Shown here: in pieces, positions 37,285 to 47,404 of the stretch
How positions within the stretch are numbered: the first letter of the stretch is position 1
Layout of the letters: every line of letters starts with the position of its first letter
Origin: Ostreococcus lucimarinus
Lineage: Eukaryota
Length of the DNA: 64,000 bases
Assembly: GCA_000092065.1 (NCBI GenBank)
Contig: CP000585.1
Strand: one strand, 5' to 3'
Program-made: the position numbers and the translations under genes
The notes under the pieces: generated by a model
Databases searched by the model: none
What the model saw: only the letters and a program-made list of their open reading frames with translations
What the model was told of the DNA's origin: nothing

Positions 37285-38168
37285 TCATAACTCGCTCTTC
37301 GCCGCGAGCTCGTCCTTCGCTGCGAGCAGCGCGGCGGCGGTCGCTTGTTGAGTCGACGCGCCCGAGTCTTTCAGTTCGCCAAACGTTTGCGAAATCGATC
37401 GCACCATCTTAGCTATGTCTTCCGACGACGCCGACGCGCTGTTCGCGGTGGCTTTCTGTTTGCGAGGCTTGGCGCCCAAATCCGGCAGTCCGGCGATTTT
37501 CTTCGGCACGGCGTCTTCGACGGCGCCCGGCGCCAAACATTCTCCGAGCGCGCTCGTCCCCGAAGTGTGCCGCATGCGCTGTTCAAACATTCCCAACATC
37601 GGTCCCAACGCTTGACCGATTTCCGTCGACAAGAACACGTCCGGTAAATCCAGAATCTGCTGCGGAATGTCTTTACCGACGAGAAACATCGCCGCCTCCG
37701 AGGTAAAGTTGTTGCAGTTGTGTCTCAATAAATTGTACGTTTCCGACGTGTATCGCGGTTGCACCTCGCGCAAGAAATCGCGAAACATCTCCTCGTCCAC
37801 CTCCGTCGTCCCCAACGCCTCGACGCGCAACGGCGCCCCGAACTGCGTCTGCACGTGCGACGCCGGCGCGCACTGCAAGCCTTGCCCGAACCAATACTCC
37901 TTCCCGTGCACGACGATGCCGGTGTGATACACCGCCTCGATCTCCTTCCCCAGCAACTGCTGCGACATCATTCGCGCCATTCCACCGCTATCGAGCGCGA
38001 GTCGTCGTTTCGTCAGTCACCGCGTCGCCGCCGTCGCGTCGTCCGCGTCGTCGCGTCTTCTAGAAGATGCTTCATCGCGTCGCGTCGCGTCGCGTCGCGT
38101 CGCGTCGTCGCGTCCTCGCGCGCGCACCTCAGGTCGTACACGTGCAACGAGACGTCGTGCGTCGTCAT
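37285..38168 (-). CDS. PPPDE/DeSI-type desumoylating isopeptidase, two exons on minus strand: 38168..38128 and 37987..37285 (intron 38127..37988, GT..AG)
   Basis: ORF 37285..37980 begins at the equivalent of DeSI-1 residue ~22. The missing first strand (M T T H D V S L H V Y D L + ag) is encoded 38168..38128 and ends at a GTGCGC donor; a TAG acceptor lies before cggtgga. The spliced product MTTHDVSLHVYDLSGGMARMMSQQLLGKEIEAVYHTGIVVHGKEYWFG is collinear with DeSI-1 ([33 protein letters not shown]); catalytic His (HTGIVV) and Cys (RHNCNNFT) are present. Confidence 0.7.
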
Positions 38169-38332
38169 CGCGTCGCGTTCGGGCGCGCTCGACGTTCGTT
38201 ATCCCTCGTCGCGCGAGCGAGTGACGTCGAGTCGGTCGTCGGTCGGCGGCTCGTCTCGACGCGCGATCGCCATCGCGCGACGCGGACGCGCGATACGCGC
38301 ACCGACGCGCGCCGACGTCGAGCTCGACGAGA

Positions 38333-38368
<36 letters not shown>

Positions 38369-40516
38369 ATGCCCGCGCGCGCGAGCGCGAAGCACGCCCT
38401 CGGATGCCTCGCCGTCGGCGCGATGCTGCGGAAATGCGTGGACGCGCGACGACCGAGATATAAAAAGCGACGCGGTGCGTACTCGACGCGGACGCGGGCG
38501 AGCGCGGACGGCGCGGTCGCGCGGTGGCACAACGCGGATTTACCGCACGCGAAAGCGTTTCGCGTCGAACCGTTCGAGGGGTGCGGGACGGTGCACGAGG
38601 TGTTCGAGTACGCGGTGAAGCGACACGCGAGCAGACCGGCGCTGGGCGAACGGGACGTCGAGGAGACGACGAAGACGACGACGAGCGACGGGCGAGAGGT
38701 GGAAAAATTACGATTGGGAGGGTATAAATGGATGACGTTTCGAGAGGCGAGCGAACGGGTGAGCGCGATCGCGAGTGGGTTGGTGGATCTCGCGGGGTTG
38801 AAGCCGCAAGACAAGGTGATAATCTACGCCGATACCAAGCGCGATTGGCAGCTCACGGCGCAGGCGTGCTTTCGAATGAATCTCACGGTGGTGACGATTT
38901 ACGCCACGCTCGGTGAAGACGGGGTGAAGCATGGGATAAATCAAACCAAGGCAAGCGTCGTCGTGTGCGATGGAAAACTCTTGAAGACGTTGACAAACGT
39001 CGCCGGGGATTGTCCGTCGCTCAAGCACGTGGTGACGATGGGCGAGCCCGAACAAGCGTCGTTGGATAAGTTACCCAAGAGTGTGTTCCAAATCGGACTA
39101 GACGAGGTCGCAACGCTCGGTGCGCGCAAGCCCATGGCGGCGCGGCCGCCGAAATCGACCGACATCGCGGTTTTGATGTACACCAGCGGTACCACGGGGG
39201 CGCCGAAGGGCGTCATGTTGAACCACTCCAACGTGTGCGCGACGATGACTGGCCTCAAAGACGCGGGTGATTTTACCAATAAGGACGTCTACTTGGCGTA
39301 CCTGCCGCTGGCACACATCATGGAGATGGCGGCGGAAACGGTGATGCTCGCTCTCGGTGCCGCGATCGGTTACGGCTCGCCGCAAACGCTCACGGACACT
39401 GGATTGAAGCTCGCGCCGGGCACGCGAGGCGACGCGCCTACGTTGAAGCCGACGTTCATGGTGTTCGCTCCGGCCGTGCTCGATCGAGTCCGTCAAGCCG
39501 TGCAGGCCAAGTTTAGCGCCGCAAAACCGGCGTTGAAGAAACTCATCAACGCGGGCTTGGTAGCGGGTCGTAAAGACTTTGAAAACGGTAAAATCGGCGC
39601 GCCGTTCTTGTACAACGCCATCATCTTTAAAAAGGTGCAAAAGCTCATCGGTGGACGCGTGCGTATCATGATTTCTGGGTCCGCGCCGCTGTCGCGCGAG
39701 ACGCAAATCTTCATGCAAACGTGCTTCCGATGCCCGGTTCGTCAAGGTTATGGGTTAACTGAAACCGGTTCGTGCGGTACCATCGCTTCGTTTGACGATT
39801 ATTCGCCAACCGTCGGTCAAGTCCTCACCTCGGTGAGCATCTCTCTCCGCGATTGGGAAGAAGGTGGATACCGAGTCGCGGACGAAAAAGACCCGTCCAT
39901 CGGTATGCCTCGCGGTGAAGTTCTCATCGGTGGTCCCGTCGTGTGCCAAGGGTACTTCACTGCGCCTCACATGCCCGACCCAGAGCTCGAAGCGAAGAAC
40001 GCATCCGAGTTCTCCGTCATCGACGGCGTGCGTTACTTCCACACCGGCGATGTCGGCCAATTCACCGCTGACGGTCAATTGATGATCATCGATCGCAAAA
40101 AAGACTTGGTCAAGCTTCAACAAGGCGAATACGTCGCCCTGAGCAAGGTCGAGAACGTCTTGAAGCAATCCCCGTACGTCGCCATGGCCATGGCGTATGC
40201 CGATTCCAAGCACTCGTATTGCATCGCCGTCGTCGTCGTCAACGAGGCGCCGCTGAAAAAGCTCGCGTCGAGCAAGGGCATCACCGGCGACGTCGACACG
40301 CTGTGCGCAAACTCCACGATCATCAAGGAAATTTCATCTGCGTGCAAATCGGCGTGTAAGACTGGGAAACTCGTCGGTTTCGAGACGCCGACGACGTACA
40401 TCTTAACCGCCGAGCCGTGGACTCCGGATAACGACTTGGTCACCGCGGCGTTCAAGTTAAAGCGACAAAACATCGTTAAAGCCTTCAAAACAGAAATCGA
40501 TCGCGCGTACGCGTGA
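38369..40516 (+). CDS. Long-chain acyl-CoA synthetase (AMP-binding, LACS)
   Basis: AMP-binding signature LMYTSGTTGAPKGVML, YGLTETG, GEYVALSKVE and FKLKRQ motifs; ~715 aa typical of LACS. Confidence 0.85.
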   Translation: MPARASAKHALGCLAVGAMLRKCVDARRPRYKKRRGAYSTRTRASADGAVARWHNADLPHAKAFRVEPFEGCGTVHEVFEYAVKRHASRPALGERDVEETTKTTTSDGREVEKLRLGGYKWMTFREASERVSAIASGLVDLAGLKPQDKVIIYADTKRDWQLTAQACFRMNLTVVTIYATLGEDGVKHGINQTKASVVVCDGKLLKTLTNVAGDCPSLKHVVTMGEPEQASLDKLPKSVFQIGLDEVATLGARKPMAARPPKSTDIAVLMYTSGTTGAPKGVMLNHSNVCATMTGLKDAGDFTNKDVYLAYLPLAHIMEMAAETVMLALGAAIGYGSPQTLTDTGLKLAPGTRGDAPTLKPTFMVFAPAVLDRVRQAVQAKFSAAKPALKKLINAGLVAGRKDFENGKIGAPFLYNAIIFKKVQKLIGGRVRIMISGSAPLSRETQIFMQTCFRCPVRQGYGLTETGSCGTIASFDDYSPTVGQVLTSVSISLRDWEEGGYRVADEKDPSIGMPRGEVLIGGPVVCQGYFTAPHMPDPELEAKNASEFSVIDGVRYFHTGDVGQFTADGQLMIIDRKKDLVKLQQGEYVALSKVENVLKQSPYVAMAMAYADSKHSYCIAVVVVNEAPLKKLASSKGITGDVDTLCANSTIIKEISSACKSACKTGKLVGFETPTTYILTAEPWTPDNDLVTAAFKLKRQNIVKAFKTEIDRAYA

Positions 40517-40648
40517 GTGTTCTTGTCAATCATCGCATCAAAGCATCTTCTCAACGTCGTCGCGTCTCGCGTCTCGAGTCCCAGCCAGTCGCGTCGAGTG
40601 GTCATTCCACGAACCCATCGTCGCTCGCGCCCCAATCCGCGACGCGTC

Positions 40649-41803
40649 ATGCCGCTCGCGACATCGCGCGCTAAGAAACACGACGCCATCGACGACGCGT
40701 TGACGGCGGAAGACGCGCGAGAACACGCGGATAAGTTGGCGAAATCTTTGTCCATCTTCGCCACGATCCCGCGCGCCATCGCCGAGGCGCACATTCGTTT
40801 ACGAGGTCGAGCGTGTCCAGACGAGCGCGCGAGCGACGCCGACGTGCGAGGCGCGCTACTGAAAGCGCTGAGCGATGAAGTCTTGGCCGAGCGAGAGTGT
40901 AAGCTAAAGGGAACGAAGTTTGAGCCGTACGTGAACGCACGGCCGAAGCCGGCTGCGGCTGCAGCGGCGGCTCGAACGGGACGGACGACGACGCGCGCGG
41001 TGGTCGATGGCGATCGTCGAAGCGCGTCGAGAGAGACGAAAATAATCGGTGGCGATCGTGGAGACGGCTCCGATAGCGATAGTTCGGTTGGTGTGGCGAG
41101 CAAATTCGTGCCACGGGAAATCGAAGACGAAGACGAAGACGAAGACGAAGACGAAGACGAAGACGAAGACGCGACGACGAGCGACGACGAGGAAGAAGAG
41201 TATAGCAGTGACGGAGATTATAGCGGCGAAGATGACTACGCCGATGACGGTGGAAATTTCTTCGGTCGAGCGGCAGAGGAACCGCCGGCACCTGAAGGGG
41301 CGAATCCGTTCGCGAGCATGGGGGACGTCGATTTCGGCGAAGAGGCGCGCGCACAAATCGAAGAAGCGAAGCGTATCGTGGCCGAACGCAAGGCGCAAGC
41401 GTCGAATTTAGCGGATGCATTAGCGAGCCTACAAACGTCGGACCCGGTGTCGCCGACGCCTTCAGGCCGTGTCGCGTTCAGCGACAAGGGCGACGACGTT
41501 GCCAGCATCGCCGGCTCCATCGCGGGTTCAGACTTCACCGACCGCTTCGATGCGATATCAATAGCTTCCATCGCCGCCACGCTCGGATCTGACGCCACAG
41601 ATCGAGTTGCAGACGTCGACGGGAGTGAATTCGACGTCGCCAGTCTCGCATCTCATGGCACGCATCGTGCGACCACCGACCTCGGCTCGGACGACGAGCG
41701 CGAAGCCGCAATTTTCGAGAGCGAGGACGAGCGCGACAGCGTCAGTTCGGACGAGCGTCACGGCGCCAAGGAAAATGCTCCACCATCGCCTCCATCACCG
41801 TAG
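40649..41803 (+). CDS. Acidic low-complexity protein (ED-repeat, Ser/Asp-rich), hypothetical
   Basis: The ORF runs from 40517 (directly abutting the LACS stop); ATG 40649 (MPLATSRAKK) is a more plausible start; (ED)n encoded by (GAAGAC)9 at 41117-41170. Confidence 0.35.
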   Translation: MPLATSRAKKHDAIDDALTAEDAREHADKLAKSLSIFATIPRAIAEAHIRLRGRACPDERASDADVRGALLKALSDEVLAERECKLKGTKFEPYVNARPKPAAAAAAARTGRTTTRAVVDGDRRSASRETKIIGGDRGDGSDSDSSVGVASKFVPREIEDEDEDEDEDEDEDEDATTSDDEEEEYSSDGDYSGEDDYADDGGNFFGRAAEEPPAPEGANPFASMGDVDFGEEARAQIEEAKRIVAERKAQASNLADALASLQTSDPVSPTPSGRVAFSDKGDDVASIAGSIAGSDFTDRFDAISIASIAATLGSDATDRVADVDGSEFDVASLASHGTHRATTDLGSDDEREAAIFESEDERDSVSSDERHGAKENAPPSPPSP

Positions 41804-42019
41804 TAGCTCGCTTTAACACAACGCACCGTACGCGATACTCGCGCTCGACGGGCGCGAACGCCGCGCTCGGGGCAAACTGAAATCGCCACGTCACCGTCGC
41901 CGAAAAGGTCAATCGAAACGCGTCGTCCCGCACTTCTCGACCGCCTCGGTGCGCGCGCGCGACGCGCGCCCGACGACGCACGCCGCGCTTCGTAAACTCT
42001 CGCGTCTCGCGCGGTCGTC

Positions 42020-43708
42020 ATGACGGCGCCGAGCGTGAGCAACGGCACGACGCGTTCGCTGATTTGGTTTCGCAAAGCGCTGCGCGTCCACGATAATCCC
42101 GCTCTCGCCGCGGGCATCGCGCGCGCGAAGAGCGCGCAACCGGTGTTCGTGCTCGATCCGTGGTTCTGTAAGCCCTCGCGGGTGGGGGCGAATCGCATGC
42201 GGTTCTTGTTGCAATCGCTGCGCGACTTGGACGCGACGCTGCGAGAACGCGGCAGTTCGCTGCTGGTGCTGCACGGCGAACCGCGAGTGGTGTTGCCGCG
42301 AGCGTGCAAGACGTGGAAGGTTGATTTGGTGACGTGGGAACACGATATCGAACCGTATGCGAAAATGAGAGACACCGCGGTGCGAGGCGCGCTGGAGCGC
42401 GCGGGAGTAGAGTGCGCGTCGTCGAGCGGACACACGCTGTACGACGTGGAGGAGATGTTGGCGAAGTGTCATGGGAAACCACCGACGACGTATTCGCAGT
42501 TTTTGAAGATTGTAGATAAAATGGGTGCACCTGCGGCCGCTTTGGATGCGCCGAAGGCGATGCCGGCGCCGTTCACGGGGACAGCAGAGGAGACGAAGGA
42601 ATTAGTCGCGGGAGTGGCGGATGCGTACGGGATCCCCACTTTGGAGGAGCTCGGTTACGAAGCCATGCATGACGACGAAGGTTTTCAAGCGATCGGAGGT
42701 GAAACCGAAGGCTTGAGACGTCTACGCAGACAACTGTCGCGCACGGAATGGGTGCACACGTTTCAAAAGCCAGATACAAATCCCACGACGCTTTTTCATG
42801 CCTTGGGCGCGAAAAAGCCAAAGCCAAAGAGTCCGTTCGAAATCGCAGCGCGAGACGCGGGAAGCAAAAATGACGCAACAAACACTGCAGCGAATAGTGA
42901 TATGCTGATGACACCGTCCACGACAGCGCTGAGTCCGTACATGAAATTCGGTTGCGTGTCGCCGCGAGTGTTTTATCACGAGCTCAACGCCGTGCTCGCA
43001 AAGTTTGAGGGCAAAGGTCAACCTTCGCAACCGCCGGTGAGTCTCATGGGACAACTGATGTGGCGCGAATTCTACTATCTCGTCGGCGCGGGGACGCCGA
43101 ATTTCGATAAGATGGAAGGAAATCCAATCTGCAGGCAAATTCCTTGGAACAAGGATCGTGAGCTCTTCGCGGCTTGGGAGAACGCGCAAACCGGGTTCCC
43201 TTGGATCGACGCCGCGATGACCCAGCTTCGCCTCGAGGGATGGATCCATCACTTGGCTCGACACGCCGTGGCGTGCTTCCTGACCCGTGGTGATCTATTC
43301 GTGCACTGGGAGTGGGGCAGAGACACGTTCGATCGCGACCTCGTCGACGCCGATTGGGCGCTGAACAACGGCAACTGGATGTGGCTCTCGTGTTCGTGTT
43401 TCTTTTACCAATATTTCCGAGTGTACGGTCCGCACTCGTTCGCGAAAAAGTACGACAAGGACGGCGCGTACGTCAAGCACTACCTCCCCGTGCTGAAGAA
43501 TATGCCCGCCAAGTACGTGTACGAACCTTGGCTCGCCCCTCTCGACGTGCAGAAGAAAGCCGGTTGCGTCGTCGGCGTCGATTATCCCGCTCCGATCGTC
43601 GACCACGCCACGGCGAGCAAGGCGTGCATAGATAAGATCGCCACCGCTTACGCCGCTCACAAGGACGCCACCGCGGTGGCTGGGAAGAAGCGTAAAGCCG
43701 GCGAATAA
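42020..43708 (+). CDS. (6-4) photolyase / animal-type cryptochrome (CPF family)
   Basis: LIWFRKALRVHDNPAL, TGFPWIDAAMTQL (class-specific 6-4/animal CRY motif), WMWLSCS, FAD-binding region; 562 aa. Confidence 0.85.
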   Translation: MTAPSVSNGTTRSLIWFRKALRVHDNPALAAGIARAKSAQPVFVLDPWFCKPSRVGANRMRFLLQSLRDLDATLRERGSSLLVLHGEPRVVLPRACKTWKVDLVTWEHDIEPYAKMRDTAVRGALERAGVECASSSGHTLYDVEEMLAKCHGKPPTTYSQFLKIVDKMGAPAAALDAPKAMPAPFTGTAEETKELVAGVADAYGIPTLEELGYEAMHDDEGFQAIGGETEGLRRLRRQLSRTEWVHTFQKPDTNPTTLFHALGAKKPKPKSPFEIAARDAGSKNDATNTAANSDMLMTPSTTALSPYMKFGCVSPRVFYHELNAVLAKFEGKGQPSQPPVSLMGQLMWREFYYLVGAGTPNFDKMEGNPICRQIPWNKDRELFAAWENAQTGFPWIDAAMTQLRLEGWIHHLARHAVACFLTRGDLFVHWEWGRDTFDRDLVDADWALNNGNWMWLSCSCFFYQYFRVYGPHSFAKKYDKDGAYVKHYLPVLKNMPAKYVYEPWLAPLDVQKKAGCVVGVDYPAPIVDHATASKACIDKIATAYAAHKDATAVAGKKRKAGE

Positions 43709-43795
43709 ACTCGTTGATTCGTTAATTTAAAAAGCCTCTCGCGCGCGGCGTCCACCACACTGCACAGGCGCCTCACAACGCGACGCGCGTTCGTC

Positions 43796-45418
43796 ATGTC
43801 GCTCGAGCGCGAGCGCTTGCTCGATCGCGCGACGTCGAACGCGGCCGCGTCGTCGCGCGATGACAGACGAACGCGCGCTGTTCGTCTCATCGCCACCGCT
43901 TCGTGCGTCGGCGTCGCGACGTACGCGCTCGCGCGCGCCAGCGGGATGATGTTCGCACCGTCGCTCGGTAACACCCAACGCGATTCGCGCTTCGGCGCAT
44001 CGTCCATCGACGCTACCGAGCGAACGGTGCGAGAGTATAAGGACGAATTGTCAATCCTCTCGTGGTCGCACGATCGCGGATTCGAGACGCACAGAGGATC
44101 GTGGAGGCAGGAGGCGCGAAGCGCCGACGCGAACGAGACGCCGGACGCGCCGGCGAAGGACGAGCGCGACGTGTCGAATCGTCAACGAGGGGCGGCAACG
44201 CTGATGGCGCAAACGATCGCAAAGTACATGCCTGGTCGATTATCGGAGACGTCGGCGCCGTTCGAGTTGTTGTACTCGACGTGGGACATGCCGTCGACGC
44301 CGTGCTTGGACGCCGAGTACGCGCAGAAGTTGTGCGAGTTTGATCGATGGGTACCTATATTTAACTTTGGGAGCTCGTTCAAGGATCAAACCGTGCTGCC
44401 GACAATGGTGCCAGCCACGCTCGGCGCGCTTCGTAGTTGTTTCATCGAGGGTTTGAATCCGCATTTAGGCTTTAGCGCGGACGACGAGCCACAGTGCGAC
44501 TTTTTACGCTTCCCGACGACAAAGTATTCCGAGCAAGGAAAGTGCGACGCCAAGCTCGCTCAGTGTCGGTATCACGGATTGTTTTCGCTCAATGCCGTGG
44601 ATGATAAGTCGATGTACGAGTGGGATAATCTCAAACCGCAGGTGGAATGGCGCGGGAGCGACTATTCGTTTCTCGCGCCCCGGGTACCGGGGCACAAGCC
44701 TGACGCGAATGAGTTTTTGAGCGAAATCGCGTCTTCAGCCAATGTTTCGCAGGCCTTACACGATATGGCGTTTTCCACCGATATTGGACCACGTCTCAGG
44801 GCGGTACTGTTTTCAAAGTTGTACCCCGAGCTCATCGACGCCAAGTTTTTCAACTGGAAAAATCAGTCGAGCGCGCGCGACAAGATGGCCGCCGAACTCG
44901 GTATTGACGCCACGGAACGCTTAACTGAAGAGGCGCTGGGCAAATACAAGTATCATCTCGACCTCGGCGGTGGTGGAGGGACGACGTGGAGCGGACTGAT
45001 TCCCAAACTCACCATGCCGGGCGTGCTGTTGCACCACGAGACGTCGATGAAGGATTCGTACTTTGACACTCTGAAGCCGTGGGTGCACTACGTGCCCGTC
45101 GCAGAAGACCTACACGACGTTTTTGAGAAGATTTCTTGGTGCGAAACGCACCCCGAGGAAGCACGAAATATCAGCGCCAACGCCAACGACTGGGTTCGCG
45201 ACTTCCGAGGCTTGAAATCGCTGCTTCGTCACAACTATCAAGCCCTGGCGATTCCCTTGGCGAAAACGCTCGATCCCTCTGGCGAGACGCTGCTAGACTT
45301 TGAAGCCGCGCACGTGGCCGCGCGCGCCGAGCGCCTGGCCGCGCGCGCCGCAAAACTCGCCATCAAAGCGTCCAGAGACGCCGCCAAAGCCGCGAAGGCC
45401 ACCAACGTTTCCGATTAA
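43796..45418 (+). CDS. Glycosyltransferase family 90 (CAP10/POGLUT-like, DUF821) type II membrane protein, tandem paralog A
   Basis: N-terminal signal-anchor LIATASCVGVATYALA; FFNWKNQSSARDK, LDLGGGGGTTWSGL, PWVHYVPV, DWVRDF motifs of the CAP10 domain. Confidence 0.7.
   Translation: MSLERERLLDRATSNAAASSRDDRRTRAVRLIATASCVGVATYALARASGMMFAPSLGNTQRDSRFGASSIDATERTVREYKDELSILSWSHDRGFETHRGSWRQEARSADANETPDAPAKDERDVSNRQRGAATLMAQTIAKYMPGRLSETSAPFELLYSTWDMPSTPCLDAEYAQKLCEFDRWVPIFNFGSSFKDQTVLPTMVPATLGALRSCFIEGLNPHLGFSADDEPQCDFLRFPTTKYSEQGKCDAKLAQCRYHGLFSLNAVDDKSMYEWDNLKPQVEWRGSDYSFLAPRVPGHKPDANEFLSEIASSANVSQALHDMAFSTDIGPRLRAVLFSKLYPELIDAKFFNWKNQSSARDKMAAELGIDATERLTEEALGKYKYHLDLGGGGGTTWSGLIPKLTMPGVLLHHETSMKDSYFDTLKPWVHYVPVAEDLHDVFEKISWCETHPEEARNISANANDWVRDFRGLKSLLRHNYQALAIPLAKTLDPSGETLLDFEAAHVAARAERLAARAAKLAIKASRDAAKAAKATNVSD
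44824..45117. repeat. 294-bp segment 100% identical to 46570-46863 (gene-conversion/duplication tract within GT90 paralogs); a further 39-bp identity lies at 45170-45208 = 46916-46954
   Basis: Base-by-base identity from ccccgagctcatcgacgcc to gaagacctacacga in both copies. Confidence 0.9.
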
Positions 45419-45529
45419 CCCCCGTTCCGCGCTGTATCAACAGTATCAACACCATCCGTCCACCAGCCGCGCGACGCTCCGTTTTCAAGCCTCCGCCATC
45501 GATCGCTCGACGCGCCACACGCGCGCGCG

Positions 45530-47209
45530 ATGCTCGGTCGCGCGCGCGATGACGTCGCCGAGCGCGCGGCACTCCTCGACGTCCCCGACGCCCCGTCGTC
45601 GTCGCGCGTCGCCGACGTCGACGTCGACGTCGACCGACGCGCGCGCGCGGGACACCAACACCCAAGCGCTTCGCCCGTGTTTCGCTCGCGAGTGCTCGGG
45701 TTCGCGTGCGCGTTCATCCTCGTCGCGTGCGCGTCGCGCGTGGGAAACGTTCCCCTGAGACTGCGACCGCCGATCGAGAAGCGCACGGCGCGCACGGTGA
45801 AAGAGTACGGACACGAGGGGGAGTTGCACTTGCTGCGCTGGACGTCGGCGGGTGGATTCGAAGCCGTCGAGTTGGGTCAGTCGACGGATGGCGTCAAGCA
45901 GCGCGCGGTGGAGGCGGTGAAGGTGATGATTGAAACGATAAAGAGGTATTACCCGCATCGGCTCGAGGATGGGCGGAATCCGTTCGAGTTGCTTTTCGAA
46001 GTATCGGACAAGCCGTCGACGCATTGCGTGTCCGCGCAGGCGAAGTGCGCGACGAGAGCGTGGGCACCGATATATGCGTTCGGTAGCGTGCCGAAAAACG
46101 TCGAGCACGTGTTACCGACGATGATTCACGCGCCCTTGGTTCCGCTCGCGTCTTGTTACACTGAGAACATCGCGACGTACAACGTGTCCATGAGTGGGCT
46201 TGACGCTGAGACGACGTCGTGCCCGTTTCTGAATTACCCGACGAAAAAGTATAGCGAGTTGGCCAAGTGTGATCCGGACGGCGATGTGAGCGGACAAGCT
46301 GCGTGTACGCCATACGCCCACGGATTATTTTCGCTCGACGCCGTGGAGGACAAGTCGTTGTACGAATGGAACTCGTTGGTTAACAAAGTCTTTTGGAGAG
46401 GGAGCGATTACGCGTTCTTGACGCCGTCGTACCCGGATTTTGCCTCGACGTCCGAAAACTTTTTGCCATGGTTGATGGAAGAGGCGAACAAAATGAAAGC
46501 GATGAAGATGTTGTTGCGAAATAGTGACGTCGGTCCGCGCTTTAGGGCGGTTCTGATGTCGAAGTTGCACCCCGAGCTCATCGACGCCAAGTTTTTCAAC
46601 TGGAAAAATCAGTCGAGCGCGCGCGACAAGATGGCCGCCGAACTCGGTATTGACGCCACGGAACGCTTAACTGAAGAGGCGCTGGGCAAATACAAGTATC
46701 ATCTCGACCTCGGCGGTGGTGGAGGGACGACGTGGAGCGGACTGATTCCCAAACTCACCATGCCGGGCGTGCTGTTGCACCACGAGACGTCGATGAAGGA
46801 TTCGTACTTTGACACTCTGAAGCCGTGGGTGCACTACGTGCCCGTCGCAGAAGACCTACACGATCTTGCTGAACGCGTGCGATGGCTCGAAACCCATCCG
46901 ACCGCGGCGCAGCGCATCAGCGCCAACGCCAACGACTGGGTTCGCGACTTCCGACGCCTGCGATCGCTCTTGGCGTACAACTATCGCCTTCTCGCAGTTC
47001 CGCTGTCGCTCTCCCTCGACGCCAAGCCGTTACCGTTATTTGCACCCTCCGCGAGCGTCCAAGCGACGAAATCCGAAGCCGAAGCCATCGACGCTGACCT
47101 CGCGTCGCCGCAACATCGCGCCGCCGTCGCCGCCGCCGGCGCGTCTCGCCGCCGTCGCGCGTCGGCTCGCCCCGCGGCGCGCGACACCCCCCGCGCGCCG
47201 TCGCTCTAG
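45530..47209 (+). CDS. Glycosyltransferase family 90 (CAP10/POGLUT-like) type II membrane protein, tandem paralog B
   Basis: Signal-anchor VLGFACAFILVACA; same CAP10 motifs as paralog A; divergent N-terminal and C-terminal regions flank the identical core. Confidence 0.7.
   Translation: MLGRARDDVAERAALLDVPDAPSSSRVADVDVDVDRRARAGHQHPSASPVFRSRVLGFACAFILVACASRVGNVPLRLRPPIEKRTARTVKEYGHEGELHLLRWTSAGGFEAVELGQSTDGVKQRAVEAVKVMIETIKRYYPHRLEDGRNPFELLFEVSDKPSTHCVSAQAKCATRAWAPIYAFGSVPKNVEHVLPTMIHAPLVPLASCYTENIATYNVSMSGLDAETTSCPFLNYPTKKYSELAKCDPDGDVSGQAACTPYAHGLFSLDAVEDKSLYEWNSLVNKVFWRGSDYAFLTPSYPDFASTSENFLPWLMEEANKMKAMKMLLRNSDVGPRFRAVLMSKLHPELIDAKFFNWKNQSSARDKMAAELGIDATERLTEEALGKYKYHLDLGGGGGTTWSGLIPKLTMPGVLLHHETSMKDSYFDTLKPWVHYVPVAEDLHDLAERVRWLETHPTAAQRISANANDWVRDFRRLRSLLAYNYRLLAVPLSLSLDAKPLPLFAPSASVQATKSEAEAIDADLASPQHRAAVAAAGASRRRRASARPAARDTPRAPSL
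46570..46863. repeat. Second copy of the 294-bp identical tract (see 44824-45117)
   Basis: Identical to copy 1. Confidence 0.9.
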
Positions 47210-47404
47210 TCCTAGAACACCGTCCGTTAGTTTATCACGCACCACTTCGTTCATCGCGCGCGTCGCTTTCGCGCCCGCTCGCGGCCGTCTCCTTCTTCTC
47301 TCCTCTCCTCTCTTCGCGCGTCCGCGGCGGCTCGCGGTCCCGGTCCTTCTCAAGATGTCCCGCCCGATCGACGCCCACTTCGATCGGCATCGCGCGACGC
47401 GCGC

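Noticed and set aside
43796-47209. GT90 duplication as an assembly artefact
   Set aside because: Not rejected outright, but the flanking coding sequence of the two copies is clearly diverged at both ends, which an assembly duplication would not produce; kept as a finding with this caveat.
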